A DNA stretch of 64,000 bases. Origin: Kiritimatiellia bacterium. GTDB taxonomy: Bacteria; Verrucomicrobiota; Kiritimatiellia; RFP12; UBA1067. Location: positions 18,550 to 82,549 of the forward strand of contig JAQIBS010000018.1 in NCBI GenBank assembly GCA_027858965.1, in the 5' to 3' direction. Positions 9,377-19,045 of the stretch are shown here, piece by piece. Numbering within the stretch: position 1 is the first letter of the stretch; each line of letters starts with the position of its first letter. Made by a program: the position numbers and the translations under genes. The notes beneath the pieces are model-generated. The model had not been told where the DNA came from, did no database searches, and worked only from the letters and a program-made list of their open reading frames with translations.

Positions 9377-10851
9377 CTGACCCTCAGCGGGAATGTCGGC
9401 GTCGCGACGATCGGACGCACCCCCCGACTGCAACTCGTTGGTGAAGGTGACGGCGAGCTGAGTGGAGTGATCAGCGCAGGCATGCTCATTGCTAAGAGCG
9501 GTAACGGAACCTGGGCACTTTCCGGCGCGAATACCTATGTCGGTGCTACCAGCGTGTCAGTCGGCACTTTGCTGATTAACGGTTCGACTACTTTCGAAAG
9601 TACGGTTGCCGTCGGGGCAGCGGGAACTCTCGGTGGTACAGGTACTGTTCACGGTGTTGTCAGCGTGACAGCCGATGGAACGCTTGCACCTGGAGCCGGT
9701 GGTGTCGGCACACTGACGCTGGATAACGGCAGTGCCACTAACCTGACTCTCAATGGCAACACAATTAAGTGTGATCTTTGATGAAACAGGTTCAGCTTCT
9801 CCTGATATCAATATTACCGAGGTGGTTGAACCTTTCTCAGTATTGGTTAACTCTGATACTAACAATTATACAATTGGCGGAGCGGCTATTGCCGGGTCAA
9901 CTGGTCTGACAAAATCCGGTGACAGTGTGTTGACCCTGACAGGTCATAATACGTATGGTGGCTTGACCACTGTTAATGCGGGCACACTGGCACTGACTGG
10001 CGGTTCGCTCAGCAACTCCAGTGTTAATGTTGCAGTGGGTGCGAGCTTTACGGAAGATTCGCGGATGGGGAAATACAATTCTTAACAGCACTGCCAGTAT
10101 CGGTACTTCCTCGATTCAGCGGGATGATAAAGGGACAACCCTGATCAACTCAACCAATAATGTCTGGGGCGGCAGCAATGTGCTGGAGGGAACCCTTAAA
10201 CTCGGTGCTGATAATGTTCTGCCTGTAACAACTACGCTGTTAATAGGTAAGACAGGAAACAAGGCGGATGCGGTATTTGATCTTAATGGTAAGAGTCAGA
10301 GAGTTGCCAGTATATCCGATATACACAACACATCAGTGGGTGGGGGAACTCAAAAAATTCTGAGTTCGACTCCTGCCACACTGATTGTCAGCAATGATAC
10401 AGCTATTACATTCGGTCTGACCGGAAGCTCCATTGAAGGTGAGGTGACCCTTGTTAAGATGGGAGCCGAATCCTTGACTCTGACCTCTACAAACGCGACT
10501 TCGGGCAGCTTTATTGTGAGCAATGGTACGCTGGTTGTCAGCGCGCTAGGCAGTTTTGGCGAGAATAGCACGAACGTTACCGTGGTGGCAGGCACTCTGA
10601 TACTGCAGAGTTCAGTTTCTGTCTCAGACAGCGCTACGCTTACGATTGCTGACGGTGGTGCTAAGGTTAGCTTGGCTGCCGGTGTGAACGAGATTGTTGA
10701 TTATCTGATACTGGGCGACACACCTAAAAGAGCCACCACCTACGGGGTAACCGGCAGTGGTGCTTCTGTGACAGATGATGCTCATTTTGACGGCAGTGGT
10801 ATTCTGACAGTTCTGCGTGATAAATCGGGGACTGTTATTGTTATCAGATAA
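9377..10851 (+). pseudogene. Deleted/frameshifted paralog of the adjacent PATR gene (11104-14469); still ends in GTVIVIR
   Basis: Colinear with 12223-14469 but lacks the 5' part and two internal blocks (~12626-12957 and ~13237-13674); split over three frames. Confidence 0.85.
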
Positions 10852-10870
10852 TAGATTGCCTGGATGATTG

Positions 10871-10909
10871 AAAAAAAGACTGCGGGGGAGACCTCTCAGT
10901 CTTTTTTTT
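10871..10909 (+). terminator. Intrinsic terminator
   Basis: AAAAAAAGACTG...CAGTCTTTTTTTT hairpin with a T-tract. Confidence 0.7.
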
Positions 10910-10977
10910 ATGTTTTTTGTTGGAGATTTTCACCGCAACTGACTTGCACCCAAGCAGTGGATGAATTGAAATCCGGT

Positions 10978-11006
10978 TTGACTATAGCTCTTCGAATGCT
11001 TATAAT
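10978..11006 (+). promoter_or_regulatory. Sigma70 promoter of the large PATR gene
   Basis: TTGACT-17 bp-TATAAT. Confidence 0.7.
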
Positions 11007-11016
11007 TATTGCTTTG

Positions 11017-11046
11017 TTGCAGTTGCAGTTGCAGTTGCAGTTGCAA
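11017..11046. repeat. Hexamer microsatellite (TTGCAG)4 TTGCAA in the 5' leader
   Basis: Directly visible, 10 bp downstream of the -10 box. Confidence 0.9.
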
Positions 11047-11103
11047 TTAGATTTTTTGTATACAAATTGAGTGTGCGAAAAAATGAAAACTGAGGATGGT
11101 ATT

Positions 11104-14100
11104 ATGAAATTAAAGCATATGATAGTTGCGGTAATGTTGTTTGTAATGACACTTGTTGTTTGTGCGGATACATTCACATGGGATGGTGGCGGCAGTGATG
11201 ACAACTGGCTGACAAATGTCAACTGGGATCCGGATGGAATTCCTGACAATGATGGCAGTGCTGTTTTAAATTTTTCCGGTAATACACGTAACGGGCCGAT
11301 TAATGATTTTGCTGCGAATACCGCATTTGCTGGGATCAATTTGTTCAATGATGGTTCGGCTGGCAAGACAGCGGCCTTCACTCTTTCGGGGAACACTCTC
11401 ACTCTGGGAGGCAACATCTCAACAACGGGATCGTCCTCTACTATTGCTGATGAGATCAATTTGAATATGGTTCTAAGTACAAACCGTACGATTACCGCTA
11501 ACAGTTTGCATGACCTAACGGTCAACGGTATTATCAGTGAATCCGGTGGATCACAGGGATTGAAAAAAGAAGGCGGCGGGAAGTTGTTTCTTAAAGGAGT
11601 AAATACCTATTCAGGAAAAACTGAGATCAACAGCGGTACCACATATTTCTACTCGCTTAAGAATATCGGTGAGGGGGGCAGTGCGCTGGGGGCACCGACC
11701 ACGGTTGCCGACGGCACGATTGATTTAAAAGCCACACTTGAATACAAAGGTGGGGAATCTACCTCTGATCGGAGTATCAATCTGACAGGGGGGCATAGTT
11801 TGCGGAATAATGGCAGCGGTACGCTCACTTTTACGAAAGGGGTTACAGGTGTGAATCGAGGTTTTTCTGTTCGGGGTAGCAGAAATATTACAATTAACGG
11901 ACTCGTTGATCTAGGTAGTGGTGGTATTGGCCGTACAGATCCTGGTACGTTGACGCTGGCTTGTCCTACAAACTCGTTCTCCGGCAGTATCTCCATATCT
12001 GCTGGGACTATCAGTGTTGAAACTATCTCCGATAGCGGCGTGATTTCGGCTCTAGGACAGGGAACAAGTATTAATATGGGACAAAACGGCTGGAATACAA
12101 TCGGAAAACTTCTGTTCAACGGTACCGCTGGCGGTTCATGTAATCGTGCGATATCCGTTGAGGGAACGGAGGGAAGCATCACCTCTGGTGGCATCATCGA
12201 AAACTCCGTGGCCGGTAAAATGCTGACTTTAAGCGGAAATGTCGCTGTCAAAACATCCGGGCGTACGCCCCGTCTGCAGCTTATTGGTGACGGTGACGGT
12301 GAAATGAGTGGAGTGATCAGCGCGGGTATGCTCATTACTAAAAGTGGTGCCGGAACCTGGACGCTTTCTGGTGCGAATACCTATGTCGGCACTACCAGGG
12401 TATCAACCGGAACTTTGCTGATCAACGGTTCAACGGCTTCCGGCAGCGCAATCGTTGTTGATGCAGGGGGAACCCTTGGTGGTACTGGTACTGTGCATGG
12501 TGTTATCAATGCTGTGTCAGGTGGAACTCTCACACCTGGAGTCGACGGTATCGGTACGCTTACGCTCGATAATGGCAGCGCTGCTGACCTTACACTTAAC
12601 AGCAATACGATTGAGTGTGATCTTTCAAATGTTGTCGGATCTTCCGATTTGATCGCTATCTCTGGAACACTGGTTGTAAATGGAGCCAATACAATAGAGA
12701 TTGATTTTCCTGATGGGCCAGCGCCTTACGGCACTTATACAGTAATGACCTATGATGCGAAGAGCGGGTCAGGCACCTTGGCTGTCGACCAGACCTACGA
12801 CAATGTCCTGGTAACTGTCGGAGCTACAAATGTGACCTTAACGATTGTTGATACCAGCACAGTAACCTGGCAGGGCGATGGCATTGCCAATGCTTGGGAT
12901 AAGAGCACAGCCAACTGGTCATCGGGTACTTATGTTGATAATGACACTGTGCTCTTTGATGATACCGGTTCAGCTTCGCCCGATATCAATATTGCCGAGG
13001 TGGTTGAACCTTTCTCTGTATCAGTTGACTCAGATACAAACAATTACACAATCGGCGGTGCGGCTATTGCCGGTTCAGCAGGCCTGATAAAGTCCGGTGA
13101 TAGTGTGCTTACTCTGACCGGTCATAACACCTACGGTGGCCTGACCACTGTCAATGCCGGCACACTGGCCCTGAATGGAGGCTCGCTCAGCAATTCCAGT
13201 GTTAATGTTGCGCCCGGTGCAACCTTTACCGAAGATGCTGATGGTGTTATCGCCGGTGCCGGTATTGGCTTTACAGCCCGGGGTTCGTCAATACTGGCGG
13301 GGTCGAATACGTATGATGGTGTAACTACAGTGGGTGTCATTGGTACTCCAAACATCATTTTGACAGTTAGAAACAATCAGGCTTTAGGTTCCACCCTGAA
13401 TGGAGTGACCCTTTACGGAGGGGACAACTCTACGGAAAGTAGGGTTAGAATTGATGTTGACGGCGTTGTGATAAAGGATGAGACGCTGACTTTTGCAGGG
13501 TCCGGAAAACGTGCTGGACTGCAGTATTATCGTAATAGCGGTGCTGGTACCTGGGATGGCAATCTTGTTTTGGCCGGTGCCCTTTGTTATTTGAATTCTG
13601 AGTTTTATGGAGGCACTTTAGTTATTGGCGGCACGTCCGATGATACGATTACGGGCTCCGGTGGCAGTATTTCATTGCGGGGATCGGGAACCATTGTTCT
13701 TAACAGCACTATCAATATTGGAAGTGATGGCTTACAAAGAGATGACGCTGGCACATGTGTAATTAATTCCACCAGTAATACTCTAGGTTATCTCAATGTC
13801 TTGCAGGGAACATTCAAGCTTGGTGTTGAGAATGCTCTGCCCTCCACAACAAGACTGACTATCGGTAAATCCGGAAATATCGCGCATGGCAAGTTCGATC
13901 TCAACGGCAAGAGTCAGACAATTGGAAACCTGGCAGAGTTGCATAACACATCAGTAGGCGGGGGAACACAGAAGATTCTCAGTTCAACTCCGGCTACACT
14001 GATTGTCAGCAACACTACGGCGAATACATTCGGTCTGACAGGAAGCTCCATTGAAGGTGAGGTTACCCTCGTTAAGATGGGAACAGAATCCCTGACTTTG

Positions 14101-14469
14101 ACAAGCACCAACACTACAGCCGGCAGTTTTATTGTGAGCAACGGTACGCTGGTTGTCAGCTCCACCGGCAGCTTTGGCGAGAATAGCACGAATGTTACCG
14201 TGGCGGCTGGAACTCTGACATTGCAGAGTTCAGTTTCTATATCAGACAGCGCTACACTTACTATCGCTGATGGCGGTGCCAAGGTCAGTCTGGATGCGGG
14301 TGTGAACGAGAGTGTTGATTACCTGATATTGGGGGATGCTCCTAAAAGCGCCACCACCTACGGCGCTACCGGTAGTGGTGCCGCGGTGATAGACGATACG
14401 CACTTTGCAGGCAGTGGAATACTGACCGTCCTGCGTGATACATCGGGAACAATGATTCTTGTCAGATAA
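11104..14469 (+). CDS. Large secreted PATR-repeat adhesin-like protein; ends in GTMILVR
   Basis: Signal peptide MKLKHMIVAVMLFVMTLVVCA; N-terminal TWDGGGSDDNW..NW motif; several TKSGAGTWTLSGANTY-type repeats; no barrel domain. Confidence 0.9.
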   Translation: MKLKHMIVAVMLFVMTLVVCADTFTWDGGGSDDNWLTNVNWDPDGIPDNDGSAVLNFSGNTRNGPINDFAANTAFAGINLFNDGSAGKTAAFTLSGNTLTLGGNISTTGSSSTIADEINLNMVLSTNRTITANSLHDLTVNGIISESGGSQGLKKEGGGKLFLKGVNTYSGKTEINSGTTYFYSLKNIGEGGSALGAPTTVADGTIDLKATLEYKGGESTSDRSINLTGGHSLRNNGSGTLTFTKGVTGVNRGFSVRGSRNITINGLVDLGSGGIGRTDPGTLTLACPTNSFSGSISISAGTISVETISDSGVISALGQGTSINMGQNGWNTIGKLLFNGTAGGSCNRAISVEGTEGSITSGGIIENSVAGKMLTLSGNVAVKTSGRTPRLQLIGDGDGEMSGVISAGMLITKSGAGTWTLSGANTYVGTTRVSTGTLLINGSTASGSAIVVDAGGTLGGTGTVHGVINAVSGGTLTPGVDGIGTLTLDNGSAADLTLNSNTIECDLSNVVGSSDLIAISGTLVVNGANTIEIDFPDGPAPYGTYTVMTYDAKSGSGTLAVDQTYDNVLVTVGATNVTLTIVDTSTVTWQGDGIANAWDKSTANWSSGTYVDNDTVLFDDTGSASPDINIAEVVEPFSVSVDSDTNNYTIGGAAIAGSAGLIKSGDSVLTLTGHNTYGGLTTVNAGTLALNGGSLSNSSVNVAPGATFTEDADGVIAGAGIGFTARGSSILAGSNTYDGVTTVGVIGTPNIILTVRNNQALGSTLNGVTLYGGDNSTESRVRIDVDGVVIKDETLTFAGSGKRAGLQYYRNSGAGTWDGNLVLAGALCYLNSEFYGGTLVIGGTSDDTITGSGGSISLRGSGTIVLNSTINIGSDGLQRDDAGTCVINSTSNTLGYLNVLQGTFKLGVENALPSTTRLTIGKSGNIAHGKFDLNGKSQTIGNLAELHNTSVGGGTQKILSSTPATLIVSNTTANTFGLTGSSIEGEVTLVKMGTESLTLTSTNTTAGSFIVSNGTLVVSSTGSFGENSTNVTVAAGTLTLQSSVSISDSATLTIADGGAKVSLDAGVNESVDYLILGDAPKSATTYGATGSGAAVIDDTHFAGSGILTVLRDTSGTMILVR

Positions 14470-14560
14470 GTGGCCAGGTCCGCGCGTAGCGCGGAGGTGG
14501 GCTGCGCCTCCATTGATGAATGATTAATGATAAATGTTAAATGATAAATGTAGCGTCAGC

Positions 14561-14608
14561 AATGTCCGATTTCCAATCGGACATGTCCGGTTTGAAACCG
14601 GACCTGCG
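14561..14608. repeat. REP-like palindrome pair (GTAGGTCCGG family)
   Basis: GTCCGATTTCCAATCGGAC and GTCCGGTTTGAAACCGGAC; related to 36958-37011. Confidence 0.6.
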
Positions 14609-14645
14609 TTAGCGATAGATCAATAGACAACATTTGGGGGGAATA

Positions 14646-14707
14646 ATTCACCGTGTAACGCCGGATATACGGTGCTGCTCAGTATGTCCGCCGTTACACG
14701 GTGGACG
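14646..14707. repeat. Dispersed ~62-bp hairpin repeat
   Basis: CACCGTGTAACG.CGGATATAC...GTATGTCCGCCGTTACACGGTG; homolog at 30961-31023. Confidence 0.7.
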
Positions 14708-14747
14708 AAATAAGCATTTAGTTATAAAGTTAAGGATGACATTTAAT

Positions 14748-16127
14748 ATGAATAACCGATCTTTTTATAAGATAGCTGCGGTTATGGCAGTTGTTTTTCT
14801 GGTTGGTATGCTCGGTTCATATGCTGAAGAGGAGAGCGTTGAACTTGCTAAGCCGACATCTGCACAAATGGCCTGGCATGATATGGAACTCGGAATGTTC
14901 TTTCATTTTGATATTCCTGTTTATCAGCAGGATTGGAAGTGGCGGTCATTTAAGGACTTTCCTGACCCCGACCTTTACCAGCCCGTGAAGCTGGATACCG
15001 ATCAGTGGATGGAAGCGGCTAAGGCTATGGGGGCCAAATATGCCATATTTGTTGCGAAGCACTGCAGCGGTTTTCTGCAATGGCAATCTGATCTTTATCC
15101 CTATGGAGTCAAACAGTCATCCTGGCGTGATGGTAAAGGCGATGTGGTGGCTGAGTTTGTTAAGTCCTGTCGGAAGTACGGCATCAAGCCCGGGCTTTAT
15201 GCGTCGGTCTCAGCTAATGGATATCTACAGGTTGATAATCCGGGGTTGGTTAATCGCGGTAAGGGTGGAGATCAAAAGGCGCAGGATGAATATAATCGTA
15301 TTTGTGAGGGCATGGCAGAGGAGTTATGGTCGCGTTATGGCGAGCTAGTTGAGATATGGTTTGATGGAGGGGCTATTCCTCCAGGCAAGGGCGGACCTGA
15401 TCTGGTGCCGCTGCTAAAAAAATACCAACCCAATGCGATTGCGTTTCAAGGACCTCTGGGGATTCCTAATCTGATTCGCTGGGTAGGTAATGAACGGGGT
15501 GTGGCACCCTATCCCTGCTGGAGCTCTGCCAATGAAGGGACCGCGGAAGGAGGCACCATTGAGAAAGTTTTTGGCGGTCGTCCTGATGGGACTTTGTGGG
15601 TTCCCGGGGAGTGTGATGTTCCTGTGCGTAACCACGACTGGTTTTGGAAGCCGGGTCATGAATCAAAATTATACTCGCTGGAACATCTGGTTGATATGTA
15701 TTACAACTCAGTTGGTCGCAACTGCAACCTGCTACTTAATGCCAATATCGATACGGGTGGGTTGGTTCCGCAGGCTGATTTCAAACGTTATGTGGAGTTT
15801 GGTAATGAGATCAAACGTCGTTTCAATAAGCCGTTGGCAAAGAGCTCCGGCTCTGGTAAAATTCTTGTTTTATCGTTGAAGGCGCCTGTAAAGGTGAACC
15901 ATGTTGCCATTATGGAGGCAACAGCTGAGGGAGAACGAGTGCGTTCGTATATTGTCGAGGGGCTTTTGCCGGATGGAGGCTGGGTCGAGTTGTGCGCTGG
16001 TCAGTCGGTTGGACACAAAAGGATTCAATTTTTTGACGCGCAGACAGTCAGCGCAGTTCGGTTGCGAATTATAGAATCGGTTGGACACCCGCGGATTCGC
16101 GAACTTGCTGTTTATTATGTGGAATAG
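14748..16127 (+). CDS. Alpha-L-fucosidase, GH29, with a C-terminal discoidin-like domain
   Basis: Motifs QMAWHDMELGMFFHF, AKHCSGFLQW, EIWFDG, RWVGNE, YYNSVGRNCNLLLN; signal peptide. Confidence 0.92.
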   Translation: MNNRSFYKIAAVMAVVFLVGMLGSYAEEESVELAKPTSAQMAWHDMELGMFFHFDIPVYQQDWKWRSFKDFPDPDLYQPVKLDTDQWMEAAKAMGAKYAIFVAKHCSGFLQWQSDLYPYGVKQSSWRDGKGDVVAEFVKSCRKYGIKPGLYASVSANGYLQVDNPGLVNRGKGGDQKAQDEYNRICEGMAEELWSRYGELVEIWFDGGAIPPGKGGPDLVPLLKKYQPNAIAFQGPLGIPNLIRWVGNERGVAPYPCWSSANEGTAEGGTIEKVFGGRPDGTLWVPGECDVPVRNHDWFWKPGHESKLYSLEHLVDMYYNSVGRNCNLLLNANIDTGGLVPQADFKRYVEFGNEIKRRFNKPLAKSSGSGKILVLSLKAPVKVNHVAIMEATAEGERVRSYIVEGLLPDGGWVELCAGQSVGHKRIQFFDAQTVSAVRLRIIESVGHPRIRELAVYYVE

Positions 16128-16144
16128 ATTAGGGGAGAGTATAG

Positions 16145-16798
16145 ATGTTTAAAAGATTATTGGTAGCAGTTGTTAGTGTAAACATGGCCTTGTTTGCATG
16201 GACACAGAATTATTCCATGTTCGGACATCATAACAAGCCATCACCCATCTATAAAGCTGGAGAAGAGATGGTTTTTACAGTAAAGCTTCTGGATGATGAT
16301 AAGCCGGTTGCAGGAAAAATTCTTAAATGGGTGCGAACAGGGGATGATGGAAAGAGTGTGTCGGGAGAGGGTCTTTCAACAAAGGTAAAATGCTACGATA
16401 TGAAGATTGCCTGCGCCGGTAACATGCCGGTTTCCGGTTATCAGTCGCTTTGTGCCGCTGGGCTTGATAAGGATGTGACCAGCTGTTATGCCTGGTCTCC
16501 CTGGTGCTGTGATTTTGGAAGAACAGAGAAAGGTCGGATTGTGGGAGGCTGGTATATTAAATATAGTCCTGCATTGAATTATTTTGATCCTGTTAATCTG
16601 GTTAAGCACGCTAATCCGAAATGTAATCTCTTTATTATCAGCAATCTTGGCGACTATGTGTGTCCTCCTTCAGGGGTATGGATTGCCTATAACAATTTTG
16701 CTGGTCCGAAAAAGATGGAGATCAGACAGGGATGTGAACATGGGTTTAGTATGAAAAAATATCCTACGTTTACGATCAGTTCAGATAACTCCGAATAA
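16145..16798 (+). pseudogene. Acetyl xylan esterase (AXE1/CE7-like) gene with in-frame internal deletions
   Basis: Keeps the signal peptide, IYKAGEEMVF, QSLCAAGLD, YFDPVN, GLGDYVCPPSG-like and H motifs. PVSGY is joined directly to QSLCAAG, so the GxSQGG nucleophile elbow is missing. Only 217 aa. Confidence 0.7.
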
Positions 16799-16935
16799 AT
16801 GTGCAGTATTAGATCTGTGCCTGAGTGTAGTATTTAAATTGCCGGGGTGTGGAAATGAGAGAAGATAAATCTCACTAATAATTATATAAAATAAACATTT
16901 TGTGTACTAAAGTATTTAATGATAGAATTAATATC

Positions 16936-18828
16936 GTGGATTTAGAAATAAATAAAGTAGCAGTTTTGCGTGCTGTAGAGAATAATCCTATTTCAGAGCC
17001 GTCCAAAGGTCCTGGTACGGGAATTTTATTTACGTGTGTTAAAAAGGCAGAGTGTCTGCATTGTAAAGCTGCTGTGCCGCTGCAAGATGAAATACCTCTT
17101 TCATGGGTGCAGTGTCCTGAGTGTAAAGGTAAGGTGTTGGTGCCTGGGCTGGTGGACGGTTTTCTTTTACATGAGCGCATCGGTGAAGGTGAGATGGGAA
17201 CCATCTATCGTGCAACTGATGAATCGCTACACCGTGAAGTTGCTATAAAGGTGGTTCGTGGATGTCATATTGATGATCCGAAATCACGGGAACGACTGCA
17301 GCGCGAAGCGTGTTCCGCTGGAAGTTTAAACCATCCCCGCGTCGCTCAGGTTTATGCGCTAAATTTTTCAAATAGACATCCCTATCTGGTCATGGAGCTT
17401 GTCACTGGGATGGATTTTTATAAGAAGCTTGAGGCCGAGGGCTATATAGATGAACCCACAGTTTTAAGGATGGCTTTGGATGTGGCCGACGGCCTGTCAG
17501 CCCTTAATCGTGAACACCTTTCACACGGGGATATCAAACCCGGTAATATTGTTCTCGATCGGGATGGAAATGCCAAATTAGTTGATTTCGGGCTCTCTGG
17601 AATAACGCGTTTTGAGGATGGGGCGCTTGTGGGCACTCCGAATTACATAGCTCCCGAGCTGCTTCGGGGCAGTGTCGACACCCATCGCAGTGATATTTAT
17701 AGTTTTGGTGCCACTCTCTATCATCTGCTCTCTGGAAAAATTCCTTTTGAAGGAGAGACGTCGGTTGATATTCTGAAGGCGCGGCTCTCTCAGAATCCAG
17801 TTCCGCTTGGTACGTATGCACCTCATGTGTCGGAGCTCACGCAGTCGCTGGTGATGAGCATGATCGAATTTAACCCTTGGAAGCGTCCTGTCAGCACGGA
17901 CAGTGTAGCCTCTGAAATTAAGAAGGCTTTGGCTCAATTGGAGGAAGTTACGGCGATTAAGCTAGAGACATTAGAGGATGTTCAAGACTTTATCAAACCT
18001 CGGCACGTTGATTCAATGCAACCAACGGTTATTCATTCCAGGCGTCCTGCTATTGTTCTTTGTATTCTTTGTCTTATTGCTCTCGTTGAGTTGTTTGTTG
18101 CGATAAAGGAACAATCCTTTGCTTATACATGGGAGTGGTTGCGTCATGATGTCGGTGGCAGTATAAAAGCGATGGCGTTAGCTGTTACTCATAATAAACT
18201 TGAGCCTGTTGAGCCTGACATGACTAGCGGAGCTTATCTTCACTGGCAAAGCACAAATCTGGGTGGTCGTATTCAACGAGGCAGTACCATGCGTAGTGGA
18301 GATGTGATGGTGATTCAGGCAACCGGTGCAGGTATGTGGCAGGGTCGTGATGATTGTCGGTTTGTCTGGACGCAGGCATCAAGTAATTATGTCTTTTCTT
18401 CTCGTATACAGGAAATTGCGGATGAAAAAGACTTTGATATAACAGGACTGTTAATAAAAGGAGACGATCCTGCCATTGGTCCTGCTCTGCTATTCGGATT
18501 CCTGGGGAATGGTAAATTATTTTTACAGATTCGTAATTTGGATATTTCGAATGAGATTATCAAATGTACTGAGCCACTTGCAGTGCTTCCTGCATACCTC
18601 AAGCTTATTCGCAATGGAAATATGTTTGAAGCCATGACCTCTGCTGACGGACAACGCTGGGAACATTTTGAGGAGGTTGAATTTGATTTGAGATTAATCA
18701 ATTCAGTTGGACTGGTTGTTTCATCTGAGGATCCAAAGAGTTTAGTCTCTGCCCGATTCAGCGATATTCATTTAAGTCCACTGATTGATCCCGGCACAGT
18801 GCAGACAAACACAGTTCCTGTTCAGTAG
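16936..18828 (+). CDS. Membrane Ser/Thr protein kinase: N-terminal Zn ribbon, kinase, TM, C-terminal concanavalin-like beta domain
   Basis: Motifs CLHC..CPEC, GEGEMG, VAIK, HGDIKPGN, DFG, GTPNYIAPE, DIYSFG; TM AIVLCILCLIALVELFVAI. Start codon uncertain. Confidence 0.9.
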   Translation: MDLEINKVAVLRAVENNPISEPSKGPGTGILFTCVKKAECLHCKAAVPLQDEIPLSWVQCPECKGKVLVPGLVDGFLLHERIGEGEMGTIYRATDESLHREVAIKVVRGCHIDDPKSRERLQREACSAGSLNHPRVAQVYALNFSNRHPYLVMELVTGMDFYKKLEAEGYIDEPTVLRMALDVADGLSALNREHLSHGDIKPGNIVLDRDGNAKLVDFGLSGITRFEDGALVGTPNYIAPELLRGSVDTHRSDIYSFGATLYHLLSGKIPFEGETSVDILKARLSQNPVPLGTYAPHVSELTQSLVMSMIEFNPWKRPVSTDSVASEIKKALAQLEEVTAIKLETLEDVQDFIKPRHVDSMQPTVIHSRRPAIVLCILCLIALVELFVAIKEQSFAYTWEWLRHDVGGSIKAMALAVTHNKLEPVEPDMTSGAYLHWQSTNLGGRIQRGSTMRSGDVMVIQATGAGMWQGRDDCRFVWTQASSNYVFSSRIQEIADEKDFDITGLLIKGDDPAIGPALLFGFLGNGKLFLQIRNLDISNEIIKCTEPLAVLPAYLKLIRNGNMFEAMTSADGQRWEHFEEVEFDLRLINSVGLVVSSEDPKSLVSARFSDIHLSPLIDPGTVQTNTVPVQ

Positions 18829-18945
18829 ACCCAGACACGGCGAAAAACGCGAATGACGCTATAATAATTACTACATATGTTATTATCCACAAAGAACACA
18901 TAGAACGCAAAGGAAGAGAGAGTGAGAGAAAGATGGATTGCTGGT

Positions 18946-19023
18946 TCAACTTCTTGTTTTCTTGACGGCCATAGCCGGAGGCGACGGCTGTTTGTTGCAG
19001 CTTCTGAGTTATAAGCAACTAAC
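18946..19023. repeat. Dispersed intergenic element (second copy at 48433-48525)
   Basis: TTGACGGCCAT-AGCCG.AGGCGACGGCTGTTTGTTGCAGCTTCTGAG.TATAAGCAACTAAC. Confidence 0.85.
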
Positions 19024-19045
19024 AACCTATAAAATGAGGTAAAAT

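Noticed and set aside
9181..9444. Small ORF MLRDNPIPSQPRN (similar peptide at 60049-60231)
   Set aside because: The similarity comes from the shared MITE; there is no RBS or coding evidence.
3..14469. Classical type V autotransporters or PEP-CTERM proteins
   Set aside because: There is no C-terminal beta-barrel ending in an aromatic residue and no PEP-TM-basic tail.
9377..14469. Diversity-generating retroelement TR/VR pair
   Set aside because: Differences between the paralogs are not adenine-specific, and no reverse transcriptase is present.
18946..19023. Integron attC site
   Set aside because: It lacks the paired RYYYAAC...GTTRRRY ends in the right order, and there is no integrase or cassette array.
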